DNA of 32,000 nt, taken from an uncultured Gemmatimonadota bacterium. Lineage in GTDB: Bacteria; GCA-2686955; CAYMWF01. Below are positions 1-9,849 of the stretch, piece by piece. A model generated the notes under the pieces. The model was not told the origin of the DNA. It did not search any database and saw only the letters and a list, made by a program, of their open reading frames with translations. Position 1 is the first letter of the stretch. Every line of letters starts with the position of its first letter. The position numbers and the translations under genes were made by a program. Where the stretch lies: positions 20,749 through 52,748 of the forward strand of contig CAYMWF010000024.1 in NCBI GenBank assembly GCA_964394085.1, written 5' to 3'.

Positions 1-256
1 CATTCTTCCGGTAAATTTCCTCTTTGCCGCCCTGTGGAAAAGGGCTGAGTTTCTATTGTCATCAGATAAATCGATAAATCAAACTGGAAATATCGATAGA
101 TTAAGTCGTTTATTGTGGGATATCCGATGTGCCGCGGGATAAAATCACGAGTTTTTCGGGCTCTTCCTTTCTCCTGCGGCTTTCTGCTTACTATGTTTAT
201 TGAGAGGTCGGAATCGAGAACCTCGCGGAAAGGCCCTAAGACTCAGGAGGAAAACG

Positions 257-508
257 ATGAAACGGAAAACGTCCACGGCAATATCCTTCGCCGCCACGCT
301 GTTCATCATTTTTACCATCGTTATCGCCTTCGGGACGAAATCGGCGGGGATGCAGCAGGTGCAGGATCGGAATCCCGCCGACCTCAAAGCGAAAACAATG
401 CTTGATGATTCGGCCAGGGAGGTCGTCTGGGGAAATCCGGCAGGTGCGGACAGGTGCGGTTGCCGGGCGGGTTACCATCTCTGGCTCACCCCCTGCCCGG
501 TTCACTAG
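257..508 (+). CDS. Small exported protein, about 83 aa, Cys-containing C-terminus
   Basis: Internal ATG at 257 of the 200..508 ORF, preceded by AGGAGG (245-250) at 6 nt spacing. N-terminus MKRKTSTAISFAATLFIIFTIVIAFG looks like a signal peptide. Confidence 0.5.
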   Translation: MKRKTSTAISFAATLFIIFTIVIAFGTKSAGMQQVQDRNPADLKAKTMLDDSAREVVWGNPAGADRCGCRAGYHLWLTPCPVH

Positions 509-537
509 CACGCGGCGGAAAGCCCATCCGGCGTTGC

Positions 538-584
538 GTGGGGAGCTTCGATACCAGTAATCGAAAAAACGGCACGCTCCCCAC
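538..584. other. Long interrupted hairpin between convergent genes (possible terminator without a clear U-tract)
   Basis: GTGGGGAGC (538-546) pairs with GCTCCCCAC (576-584); inner TTCGAT (547-552) pairs with ATCGAA (560-565). Confidence 0.3.
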
Positions 585-645
585 CCGCCGGAATTTCATT
601 TACCCCGGCGTATCCAGGAAGGAACATCCCCGGTCAAGGGCGTCC

Positions 646-3048
646 TTACGGGTTTCCGCCGCCGACGAGCCCCTTTTCAACCAGGAATGAAGCGATTTCC
701 TTCGCGATAATATCGTATCCGTCATCGTTCATGTGAACGCCGTCAATCATGAAGTCGAGTTTTCGTTCTGTCGGGAAGGCTTCTTCGAGGGATAAGAAGT
801 AAACTCCTTCTCCGTTGTAATCCTGTGCGGTTTTCTTGAACTCGTTGAAATAAGGTCGGCGGTTGAGGCAGATTTCAGGCACGAGCACAACATCAACACC
901 TGCCTGGATACAAAGTTCTGCCAACTTTGCCGGTCCGGAGTATTTTGTTTCGACCCGCTTCGCCGGGAAGGGTGTTTCGGTATTCTTTCCAATCCTTCTG
1001 CTGAACTCGTATTGAACATAACCGGCGAATCTATGTGCCGATGCAACTACGATATTCCAGGTGCGCAAGTTCGCCATGGCCAGGTAAAGCTTGACCGTGA
1101 TCCCGTTCCGGATACCCGGTCTGAGTTGGAGCGCCGCCCAGAGCTCGTTGTCGCTGCCAAGGTAAGATTCGTTTTCCAGGAGCGTGTCGAGCTTTCGGTA
1201 GAAAGTTTCAAGGTTCGGGTCGTCGCCGTTATTACCGAAATAGACGATTAACACGTCGGGTTGAAGCAGTATGAGATGCCTTTCGAAATAGCGGAACAAT
1301 GTGTAAAAACGTGCTCCGCCCAGGCCTCCGTTGATTACATCGGTTTCGATGTCGTGCAGTTCGTTCAGGAGCGTTTCGAGCCTGGCGGGAAAGGAGGTCT
1401 TTTCAGGATCTGTCGCTCCGGCTCCCTCGGTGCTGGAGCTTCCGAGGCAGATTATCTTTCTGTAGCCGGGCGGCTTCCGGATTGTCCGGTTACGCGGATC
1501 GAGCTCCTCCCTGATTGCCTTCAAACCGCCTTTCACGAATTCAGCCTCGGCAATCGGGTCCAGAGTGTCCAGTACAAGTGATTCAAGACCGTACTCCCGG
1601 TCCAGAAAAGGGTTCGTCCTTATACCTGATTCAACGGCTGCAACAAAACAGACCAGGGCGATTGCACCAACCGGGATGCGCAGAAACTTTTTAAACCGTG
1701 TTGAACGTATCAAGTGCAGAAAAACCAGAGTCGTAAGCGCCAGCGAGACGGCAGCCGGAAACCAGCCCCGCCCCGCCGGCGTACCGGTAAGAATACCGCC
1801 GGCTGTCAGAGCGGCGGCGGTGACAGGAAGTAATCTGCCGAAGCGATGACCGGCCGCTCCGGCTAAAAGGAACGATGCCGGAAGAGGAGCGAGGGTGAGA
1901 GCCGTGAGGCTATAAGATAGAGATACCTTGGACAGGTTTGTCCAGATAAGGACGGTGGCCACAACCCCGAGAAGATAATAGAGACCTGCATATATCAACC
2001 CACCCTGTTCGTAAGCCGGCTTGTCGCCTCTTGCATCAACTGTCAAAATCCCCATGATTCTAATCGATGTTATCGACGTAAACGCCAGCAACGCTGTTAT
2101 GCGGGGCAGAACAAATATGCCCGCCAGGCAGAGAAGAACCGCACACTGGACAGGCAGAACAACCAGAAACACTTCATTCAGCGAGGCGACTTTCGGAGCA
2201 GTGAACCTGAAAAAGAGGAGGGTGACGGCGTCCACCAGGAAAGCCGCCGCAAAGAATACGGCCAGGGCGAGCACGGCGAAACTCCGGGAGCAGGGAGCCG
2301 GAGCATGGAGAAGACGCATATTCAACAACGAAGCTTCACCCCCGAATCCGCCGCCCGACACAATCGTATCACCCTCTCCGGTTCCGCCGGCGCGTATTTC
2401 AGCAAGGTGCACATGTCCGCTGTGACGCAGAATTCCATCGGTCGAGCCGTGGTCGATCGTGATACTCCATACGGGGCGCCACTCCTCTTCCGCAGGTATA
2501 CTGCAAACGAATCGTCGTTCATTAACAAGCGCTTCGACCTTGTCGCCGGTGCATGTGAGCTCGATCCGGAGATTCTTACCGGTGCCGGGCGATTCGAAGC
2601 CGCCTATTCTGGTGTCGGCACCTCCGGGCGATTCCACGAAGAGACCGTTCATGGAATTGTCGGTCCTGTTGAAACCGAATCGTAATTTCGCTTTTTCGGA
2701 CTTTGCGAAATAGATATCGAAACCATTGTTATCATGGATTCCAAGGCTGGTTCGAACAGTGAATGGCGGCGGTGCTGCCGGGGGGGATTTCAGGGAAAAA
2801 TAATCACCGGGCAAGAGGATCAGGGCGCCGTCGGATTCACGAAAACTGGCGTCCTGGATTCTGGAGAAATCCTCGTTGCCCGGAACGACCACCTGGTAGA
2901 ATGTATTCGAATGGCCGACTATGTGCAGCACCCTGAAGAAGGAGATCATCAGTACAGCGTTTACGATAAACAGTACCAGGTGGAGAAGTCGAAGGTCGGC
3001 GAATTCCAGCCTTGATCCGCTTAACTTCCTGGAAAGGGAGAGAAACAA
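646..3048 (-). CDS. Multi-domain membrane protein: N-terminal beta-sandwich-like region, multiple TM helices, C-terminal SGNH/GDSL-like hydrolase domain
   Basis: 800-aa ORF. SGNH-like blocks: IICLGSSSTEGAG, INGGLGGARF, VYFGNNGDDP, MIDGVHMNDDGY. Long hydrophobic central segment. Confidence 0.8.
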   Translation of the reverse strand: MFLSLSRKLSGSRLEFADLRLLHLVLFIVNAVLMISFFRVLHIVGHSNTFYQVVVPGNEDFSRIQDASFRESDGALILLPGDYFSLKSPPAAPPPFTVRTSLGIHDNNGFDIYFAKSEKAKLRFGFNRTDNSMNGLFVESPGGADTRIGGFESPGTGKNLRIELTCTGDKVEALVNERRFVCSIPAEEEWRPVWSITIDHGSTDGILRHSGHVHLAEIRAGGTGEGDTIVSGGGFGGEASLLNMRLLHAPAPCSRSFAVLALAVFFAAAFLVDAVTLLFFRFTAPKVASLNEVFLVVLPVQCAVLLCLAGIFVLPRITALLAFTSITSIRIMGILTVDARGDKPAYEQGGLIYAGLYYLLGVVATVLIWTNLSKVSLSYSLTALTLAPLPASFLLAGAAGHRFGRLLPVTAAALTAGGILTGTPAGRGWFPAAVSLALTTLVFLHLIRSTRFKKFLRIPVGAIALVCFVAAVESGIRTNPFLDREYGLESLVLDTLDPIAEAEFVKGGLKAIREELDPRNRTIRKPPGYRKIICLGSSSTEGAGATDPEKTSFPARLETLLNELHDIETDVINGGLGGARFYTLFRYFERHLILLQPDVLIVYFGNNGDDPNLETFYRKLDTLLENESYLGSDNELWAALQLRPGIRNGITVKLYLAMANLRTWNIVVASAHRFAGYVQYEFSRRIGKNTETPFPAKRVETKYSGPAKLAELCIQAGVDVVLVPEICLNRRPYFNEFKKTAQDYNGEGVYFLSLEEAFPTERKLDFMIDGVHMNDDGYDIIAKEIASFLVEKGLVGGGNP

Positions 3049-3182
3049 CCGGCGCCTCGCCTTATTCTGTTGACAGTAGAAGCAGGGGCGGCTTCACCCG
3101 TTACTGCTTGAATCCTGGAAAACCGTCGCTGCACATATCCCGGGGGGTGTATTATGACAGTCAGGACTTCGGTGTTACGAAC

Positions 3183-4031
3183 TCAATGGAGTAGAAGTTT
3201 GCTCCCGTTTTCGTCTTCATCTTCATCTTCCATCACTTCCGCTCTCATCAAATCGGTGGCCATACTGACTGCCCTCAATGCGGTATCGACGATCTCTTCG
3301 TCGTCGGAATCGATATATCCCTCGAGAAGGTCTGTAGCCTCAAAGGGGCGGATACAGGCCGCCGCCTCGAGAGCCGCCAGGAGCACGCGTTTGCCGGTCT
3401 CTTCCGAGATCAGGAGGTTCATGACATGGGACCAGGCCTCGTCAATCTCCCAGGTTCCCGCAGCGTAAACGGCTTCGGCATGAATTGCCTCGTCTTCGTT
3501 ATTCAGTTCTTCCAGAATATAATCGTCGAAACCGGCGATCCAGCGCATCGAAAATACCGCGGTAAGTTTCCAGAGCTCGTCTCCGCTTGTATACGCTTCC
3601 TGAACCGCTTCGATATGCCAGTCTTCGGGGGCGCGAATAGATGCTTCAAGGGTCATTCGCCTGACATTTTTGGGGATATCCGTATCGAGACAGATCTGTC
3701 GGAGCGATTCTTTAATATGACGGAACTTCTTTTCGGTAACAGGAACATCATCCGGTTCTTCGAACTCTTCAATATCGGCCAGCTCCAGGACCGGTCCGAG
3801 CGAAATCGCCGCGATCCCGCGCAGATCCTCCGGTTCTTCGGCATTTAACAGAATTGACAGAAGGACGTCGGCCAGATCATCGTTGATAACGGTTAAATCA
3901 CCGGCCATCTCCGCAGCGAGAAGACGATCAGGTGTATCCATCCGGTTATCCGACATGATTCTCATAAGGAATATACCGGTATTGTCCGGCCATTCCCAGG
4001 GCGGGGTTTTCTGCAGTAATTTTAGATCCAT
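3183..4031 (-). CDS. HEAT-like repeat protein, acidic C-terminus
   Basis: 282-aa ORF of alpha-helical repeat character (EDLRGIAAISLGPVLE, KNVRRMTLEASIRAPE, EAIHAEAVYAAGTW, EEIVDTALRAVS). Confidence 0.6.
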   Translation of the reverse strand: MDLKLLQKTPPWEWPDNTGIFLMRIMSDNRMDTPDRLLAAEMAGDLTVINDDLADVLLSILLNAEEPEDLRGIAAISLGPVLELADIEEFEEPDDVPVTEKKFRHIKESLRQICLDTDIPKNVRRMTLEASIRAPEDWHIEAVQEAYTSGDELWKLTAVFSMRWIAGFDDYILEELNNEDEAIHAEAVYAAGTWEIDEAWSHVMNLLISEETGKRVLLAALEAAACIRPFEATDLLEGYIDSDDEEIVDTALRAVSMATDLMRAEVMEDEDEDENGSKLLLH

Positions 4032-4090
4032 CGGTTTTCCTTTTCGGTACTCATAAAAACAGAGTGATCGGTAACTGGTGTCTGCTGATT

Positions 4091-5371
4091 CTACCTGCCG
4101 GGTCTTCGTGTTCCAGTCTTTTTCAGTTCAGCGGTCTCAACCGTCCTCTGCCGTTTGAGGATTTCCCTCAGCCGTTTGATGATACTGGTCGCACTCATCA
4201 CTCGTTGATATACGTAAAGCCGGCCGGGCAGATCTTTATCGAGAACTTCTTCGCTCACGCGGAGGCGTCTACTGACCGCGAAGATTATCTGAAAAGGCAG
4301 GCCTGCTTCGACCAGCTCCACCCGCCGCCAGACGGCTTCCCGGCTCCAGTAGCCCAAAACTTCGAGGAAAATCCTGATACCGGATTCTTCATGGGTGAAG
4401 ACGAGATCCGGCACGCACAATCCGACGCCCGGCAGATCCAGCAAGTCATTTGCAACACGGGCTTTCCAGGGCGATTCGATACCCTTGAAACGTTCCAGAA
4501 GCTGCTCCACCTCGTCCGGAAGGCGAACCTTGCAATCCTGGAGAACACTCTCCGGTTTCCCTTCCAGATGGAATACGAAAGGTTTCCGTTCCCGGCCCCA
4601 CTTGATGTCGGCATCGAGTTCCCACCGCCCTCCGCTCTCTTCCAGCGCCGGAAGCATCAGTGCAAGCTGCAGACCGTACCTGGTCACCGCCTTGAAAAGG
4701 CTGAAAGGGCCGTCGATCTCAATTCTGTAACGATCTTCCTGTTTGTCATAGTCGATAGTGTGCAAGAGCCTTCGGAATTTGAGCTTCTGGAAGAACATCC
4801 TGTACCCGGCCGGATCGGCGCACCGGATCTTGACGACAACCTTGACGGCACGTAAAAGAACAGCCTGTTTCTGGGATCTTACGTATAGATCGACCAGCGC
4901 AGGTGCGCTTATCGTGTCGAATTTCGTGCATTTATGGTTCTCTTTAAGATCCGCGTAAAGAAGACCGTCGACCTCGCCGGGCGGAATCCCCCGGACCGCA
5001 GCCACCTCCTCGATTACCGCCGCGGCATCGAAGATTGCGGAATCCTCGAGCGTCTTCCGGGCCTCGGTTGCGGCGGTGAAAAGCGCTTTTCTCAAAGCCC
5101 GCGGTTCCACATCGGTTCGTGCTTCGAAGGTGCACCTGTCCTCCACGAGTTTCCGCACCCCTTTAATCATCTTGAAGTCGGAGGTCGCCCGCCGGAGAGG
5201 CTCGCTCAACGCCGACCTGAATTCTCCCTGCGTTCGTCCGACATTTTCCCCGGCCAGGGTTATATATTCTTCGGCGTATCGGAGAAGGAGCTTCTTTTTG
5301 GCGGGATTCAGCCGAGGCACGTGGAGACGCCCGTTCCGCCTGATCACCCTTACGAGATCAACGGTAAGCAA
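4091..5371 (-). CDS. DUF790/Bax1-like protein, putative XPB-partner nuclease
   Basis: 426-aa ORF. N-terminus LLTVDLVRV-like start and C-terminal nuclease-like block VPDLVFTHEESGIRIFLEVLGYWSREAVWRR resemble DUF790/Bax1. Overlaps the XPB-like helicase gene. Confidence 0.75.
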   Translation of the reverse strand: MLTVDLVRVIRRNGRLHVPRLNPAKKKLLLRYAEEYITLAGENVGRTQGEFRSALSEPLRRATSDFKMIKGVRKLVEDRCTFEARTDVEPRALRKALFTAATEARKTLEDSAIFDAAAVIEEVAAVRGIPPGEVDGLLYADLKENHKCTKFDTISAPALVDLYVRSQKQAVLLRAVKVVVKIRCADPAGYRMFFQKLKFRRLLHTIDYDKQEDRYRIEIDGPFSLFKAVTRYGLQLALMLPALEESGGRWELDADIKWGRERKPFVFHLEGKPESVLQDCKVRLPDEVEQLLERFKGIESPWKARVANDLLDLPGVGLCVPDLVFTHEESGIRIFLEVLGYWSREAVWRRVELVEAGLPFQIIFAVSRRLRVSEEVLDKDLPGRLYVYQRVMSATSIIKRLREILKRQRTVETAELKKTGTRRPGR

Positions 5372-6746
5372 CGTGAGCCCTCCTGCGTCTGCTCGTGAAC
5401 ATTTCGGAAGTGTCGTTGGCTACGATCTCGTAAAGAACCGCCTGTTTTTCTCCTTTTTTCCGCAGGATTCGTCCGAGCCGCTGCACATGCTCCCTGATCG
5501 AGCCGCTTCCGGAGATTATGATGCCGACATTCGCTTCCGGGATGTCGACCCCCTCGTTCAAAACCTTGGATGCCGCCAGGACGTTATATGTTCCTTTCGA
5601 AAAGCCGTCGAGAATCTCAGCGCGTTCCGTCACTCTGGTCTGATGGGTGATTACGGGCACCAGGAACCGGCGCGACAATTCGTAAGCCGGCTTATTGCGC
5701 TCGGTGAACAGCAGCACTCGATCGTGCCGGTGCCTGTGCAGAAGGTGGTCGATATATTTCAGCTTCGAAGGAGCCGAGAAAGCAAGATGTTTCTGCTTCT
5801 GATAGGCTTCCATGGCCCTTCTTCCTTCGATGCCGCTTCCCGAGCGTTTGAGGAACTGCTTCCAGCCGTCGGGCGTGTGCATCCGTATCCCGTGGCGAGC
5901 TATAAAAGCGAGATAGATGCCCCGTGCTTTTTCATACTCGCTGCGTTCCTCTTCGCTCAACTCGACCAGTAGCCGTTCGATCGTATAGTCTGCGAGATAT
6001 TCACCGGCGAGATCACCTATTTCGCATGCGTACGCGGTCGGACCGATAAGATGCGAAAAGTCGACATGTTTTCCGTCCGCGCGTTCAGGAGTGGCCGACA
6101 ATCCCAGCCTGTAGGGCGCCAGGCATGAGCTCGCCGCAAGAGAAAATGAATCACCCGGCAAATGATGACATTCGTCGAAAATAATCATTCCGAAACGAGC
6201 GCCCAGGTGCTCCATGTGCAGATATGCGGAATCGTAGGTGGTGGCGGTGAGCGGTTCGATCGTGAACTCTCCTCCGCCGACGACGCCCACATCGCAGCGG
6301 AAGCTGGTGCGCAGCAGATCGTACCACTGGGTTACGAGGTTGAGAGTAGGCGCAACCACCAGCGTGCTTTTCCGCACTGCATCGATCGCCATCAACCCGA
6401 CGTAGCTTTTACCCGCGCCGGTGGGAAGAACCACCAGGCCGCGCCCTCCCGAGTCATACCAGGCTTCGAAGGCTTCCTGCTGGAACGGCCTCGGAACACG
6501 TTTGACCTTGAGAGAGGTTTTCAGGTCATCGAAACGGCGGGCGTCATCCGTGAAGGAGACCCCGTGAAGCCCGAGAGATTCCACTATTGCGGCATAAGCG
6601 AGTGCCGGGGCGCGGTGGCATCTTGTCCGGTGATCCCATAGAACTCCATCCGGAAAGGGGAAAGGGGGCTCTTTGCCGAAACCTCTTATCTCCACGGTGC
6701 CGGCTGTGAAACACAGCTTTATATCAGGAGACAGACGGGTCATCAT
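5358..6746 (-). CDS. XPB-family superfamily 2 DNA helicase
   Basis: 462-aa ORF: Walker A VVLPTGAGKS, motif II IIFDECHH, motif III GLSATPER, motif VI VQRLGRILRKKG. Confidence 0.88.
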   Translation of the reverse strand: MMTRLSPDIKLCFTAGTVEIRGFGKEPPFPFPDGVLWDHRTRCHRAPALAYAAIVESLGLHGVSFTDDARRFDDLKTSLKVKRVPRPFQQEAFEAWYDSGGRGLVVLPTGAGKSYVGLMAIDAVRKSTLVVAPTLNLVTQWYDLLRTSFRCDVGVVGGGEFTIEPLTATTYDSAYLHMEHLGARFGMIIFDECHHLPGDSFSLAASSCLAPYRLGLSATPERADGKHVDFSHLIGPTAYACEIGDLAGEYLADYTIERLLVELSEEERSEYEKARGIYLAFIARHGIRMHTPDGWKQFLKRSGSGIEGRRAMEAYQKQKHLAFSAPSKLKYIDHLLHRHRHDRVLLFTERNKPAYELSRRFLVPVITHQTRVTERAEILDGFSKGTYNVLAASKVLNEGVDIPEANVGIIISGSGSIREHVQRLGRILRKKGEKQAVLYEIVANDTSEMFTSRRRRAHVAYR

Positions 6747-6775
6747 CCATCTTTCCGAAACTGGTGTTCCGGTAA

Positions 6776-8155
6776 TTATTCGACCGGTACGGCCAGGCTC
6801 GCAAGGGTGGCCACCACGACCTGCGTTGTCATCCAGGCAAGGTCGGGGCTGTTGAAGCTCTGGCCGACAGTGTCGAACCTTGTGTGGATAAAGGGGCTGG
6901 ACTGATTGGTATCTTCAAAGAACCATACAGCCTTGAAACCCCGGGCCCAGAAAGATGCGTGGTCGCTCGAGCCGCCGCTTATTCCGGAGGACTCCACCGT
7001 AGGCAGCTCGGGAACGAAGTAGCCGGCGGCGTCGACGGCAGCTTCGTACAGGTCGTACGAGTTGTCATTCGTGATGATGTCGAGGTCGAAAACATCACCG
7101 TTCTGATAATACCCGTCCATGTCGATATTGATGACGCCCCGTAGATCCACGCCGTGCCTATTGGCCCAGCCCGCATACGCGGAACTGCCGAAAAGCCCTA
7201 TCTCCTCACCGGAAAAAGCCACGAAAACTATCGTACTTTCGAAGGAGTACTGGCTCAAAACCCTTGCGGCTTCAAGAACCGTAACCGTTCCGGAGGCGTT
7301 GTCGTCGGCGCCGGGCGCTTTTTTCGTGATCATCATGAACGTGATCGAATCGTAATGACCGCCGACAAGGTATACCTGGTCCGGATAGAGTGTTCCCGGC
7401 AGAACGGCGACGACATTCGGCGAGCTCAAGCCGCCGAGAACAGGCTGTGTATACAGGCTGTCGAAACCGGTAGCTTCCAGGTATTTGAAAATCCCCTGCC
7501 CTGCAATATCGCCTTCTTTCCTGAAGCAGATCCGGTTGTCCAGCGCGGTCGACAGTACCTCCACGCCGGATTCGATATTCGAAATTTCCACCTTGTCGAC
7601 CATTTCCTCGATGAGTTCGATCTGTCCGGGTGTAAGGTCGTCGATTCCGGCGGTTACCGGCGACGCCGCAAGCTCAGAAGATGGAAGCTCGATGGATAAT
7701 GTCGGGTCGAGCCAGGTGAGACCGTGACCGCCGCCCTGCAGCCAGAGCGCTTCTTTCAACGTACCCGTGTATAAAAGCCAGCCCTCGAACCTGTGCAGGA
7801 CCCGGCCCTCTACGGCAACCGCCCGGTTATATCCCGGTCGTCCGGTGTCAACCTCCGGAATGAGATAGTAGTCATCTTCAGGGATGTAATCACCGCACTT
7901 TATGCAGGATATTCCTGAACCTTCAAGGAATTGCACAGACCGGCGGTCGATTGTGGCGAGAGCATGGTTCCCCCGGTGGTAGAACACCGTACATCCCGCA
8001 TCGCCCGCGTCAGTCAGGAATTCAGGGGTCATTCCCTCTATCTCGAAGAATATGATCTCCGGCTGTTGTTCCTGTGCATCTAATGCTCCGGTTGCCCCCA
8101 TAAGGACGGCAGCGATTAAGAAACAGCTCAAACTGATAAAAAGTGGAAGTTTCAT
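6776..8155 (-). CDS. Secreted M28-family metallopeptidase
   Basis: 459-aa ORF with signal peptide MKLPLFISLSCFLIAAVLMGATGALDAQ. Zinc-peptidase motifs GGHYDSI, PGADDNASGT, FSGEEIGLFGS, NIDMDGY, SSDHASFW. Good RBS (AAAGGAG). Confidence 0.88.
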   Translation of the reverse strand: MKLPLFISLSCFLIAAVLMGATGALDAQEQQPEIIFFEIEGMTPEFLTDAGDAGCTVFYHRGNHALATIDRRSVQFLEGSGISCIKCGDYIPEDDYYLIPEVDTGRPGYNRAVAVEGRVLHRFEGWLLYTGTLKEALWLQGGGHGLTWLDPTLSIELPSSELAASPVTAGIDDLTPGQIELIEEMVDKVEISNIESGVEVLSTALDNRICFRKEGDIAGQGIFKYLEATGFDSLYTQPVLGGLSSPNVVAVLPGTLYPDQVYLVGGHYDSITFMMITKKAPGADDNASGTVTVLEAARVLSQYSFESTIVFVAFSGEEIGLFGSSAYAGWANRHGVDLRGVINIDMDGYYQNGDVFDLDIITNDNSYDLYEAAVDAAGYFVPELPTVESSGISGGSSDHASFWARGFKAVWFFEDTNQSSPFIHTRFDTVGQSFNSPDLAWMTTQVVVATLASLAVPVE

Positions 8156-8248
8156 GGCCGACTCCTTTCGTATAGTAAAAAACTAACCTTTCCCGATAGC
8201 GGATTCAAGCAGACAATTGCGGATTCGGCACGGTAAAGGTCGTTTTGT

Positions 8249-9703
8249 TTAAAAATGGGGGCGGTCGGACAGATATAGGAAGGCCGTGCAGGATGGAGGT
8301 GTTTCGAGGTCCCCGCCTGTTATTACCTCAGGTTCGTCGATCCCGGGATCCCACGATCTGGTATGGACCAGGTCACTGGAGCATCCGAACTGCCAGAAAT
8401 TCCCGCGGAAATCGGCGGAGTGGTTGGTGCGCCCCTCGAAAACCCCCGCTCCGACGCGCACTTCGTACCCGCCGGAGCAGGCATTCCCGAATGTAGATTC
8501 CGTGATCACAAGATGGTTCCAGTCCACGGATTCAATAGCCTGGGGGCAGTATTTTGTGACAGCCGTATTTCCGATGAACGAACAGCAGGTCGCGGACACC
8601 GGGCGCGAATCGTTTTCCTCCTTGTGCATGAGAAGCATCGCACCGCCTGTCGACGCGATATTACCGGTGAATGAACATCCCTCGAAATCGATGTGGCCGT
8701 TCGTATGAATGCAAACCGCGCCGCCCCCCAGGTATGAATCGATATTCACCGCATTTCCTTCGAATTCGCAGTCCTCAATCAATGCGACGGATTCATGGGC
8801 GATAAAGAGTGCCCCTCCCAGCTTCCGGGCGCTGTTGAAGCTGAAGCACGAGCTCTCGAGAACAAGGTCCGTTCCGTACGAAGTATGAATCGCACCTCCC
8901 CTCTCCGCTTCGTTCTCTTCGAATGTGCAGGCGATAAATCTTGCAGACGAGCCGAGGAGGCGCGCAGCTCCCCCTCCTCTTTCTCCGGCGGCGTTATCGA
9001 TGAAGCGGCACCCGTTGAAGTATACAGGAATTTCATAACTTTCAGCCACGGCTGCGGCTCCGCCCACGTGAAATGATCTGTTCTGACTGAACTCGCATCG
9101 AACCACGCAGACCGGTTTACGCGGGCGATAGAAGTAAACCGCGCCGCCCATGATCCGTTCATTGGGCAGCTGACCGGGATCGACGACTATCTCTTCACCT
9201 TTATCATAGCGGGCTTCATTCAGAACGAACCGGACGTCACGAAGATATGGAGAAGCCATCTCTGTTGAAATCGCTGAGTCTCCCGCGTGACGAATTTCGC
9301 AGCAGGAAATCAGTGAACCTGACAGGTAACGTCCATATTGATCAATGCTTGCGTCGCTTGCGGATTTGGCGAACCTGATGCCCCCCCAGTCTCCCACCTC
9401 CCCGTCGCGTCCCTCTATAATCACGGTGGAATCGGTATCCCCCGCAACTATCAACGTGCCTCTGACATCCAGGCGGCAACCCGGCTCTTCTCCCCGCAAC
9501 CCGGGATCGACGCGACCGAACAAAACCACGGTACCGGGTTTGATCGTCAGTGACGCATCCCGCTCGATGATCACATCTTCCGTGAAAATATATGGAGAAT
9601 CCGCCGTGCTCCAATATTCATCAGATGAAATTCGATATGCGCCTGAAACGGCCGTCGGCACGGTCAGGACCGCAAAGAATGCTGCGATTATTGCACGACC
9701 CAT
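8249..9703 (-). CDS. Secreted right-handed parallel beta-helix (polymorphic outer-membrane-like repeat) protein
   Basis: 484-aa ORF with signal peptide and recurring GGA-type rungs (MGGAVYF, VGGAAAV, RGGGAARL, RGGAIHTS, LGGALFIA, LGGGAVCI, TGGAMLL). Confidence 0.8.
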   Translation of the reverse strand: MGRAIIAAFFAVLTVPTAVSGAYRISSDEYWSTADSPYIFTEDVIIERDASLTIKPGTVVLFGRVDPGLRGEEPGCRLDVRGTLIVAGDTDSTVIIEGRDGEVGDWGGIRFAKSASDASIDQYGRYLSGSLISCCEIRHAGDSAISTEMASPYLRDVRFVLNEARYDKGEEIVVDPGQLPNERIMGGAVYFYRPRKPVCVVRCEFSQNRSFHVGGAAAVAESYEIPVYFNGCRFIDNAAGERGGGAARLLGSSARFIACTFEENEAERGGAIHTSYGTDLVLESSCFSFNSARKLGGALFIAHESVALIEDCEFEGNAVNIDSYLGGGAVCIHTNGHIDFEGCSFTGNIASTGGAMLLMHKEENDSRPVSATCCSFIGNTAVTKYCPQAIESVDWNHLVITESTFGNACSGGYEVRVGAGVFEGRTNHSADFRGNFWQFGCSSDLVHTRSWDPGIDEPEVITGGDLETPPSCTAFLYLSDRPHF

Positions 9704-9821
9704 CTGAATCCTCCCATCTTATCCGGATGTTCTTTCCGCCGGCTGCGTCATCAACCCGCCTTCATCCCGGATAGTAGGAAGAACCGGAGATATCTGGGGA
9801 AAGGTAAATTATTGAAGCATT

Positions 9822-9849
9822 TTGAATGTTGGTGGAAGAAGTTTATAAT
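9822..9849 (+). promoter_or_regulatory. Sigma70-type promoter candidate for the 9954 histidine kinase gene
   Basis: TTGAAT (9822-9827), 16-nt spacer, TATAAT (9844-9849), about 105 nt upstream of the ATG. Confidence 0.45.

Noticed and set aside
1-256. ORFs 115..405 and 145..387, and AT-rich ATCGATAAAT-like repeats near 70-110
   Set aside because: The ORFs lack RBS or family motifs and overlap the better-supported 257 start. The repeats are too short and degenerate to define an element.
4064-5972. Plus-strand ORFs 4064..4855, 4934..5398 and 5076..5972
   Set aside because: Antisense to Bax1-like and XPB-like coding sequence; composition is that of a GC-rich shadow frame.
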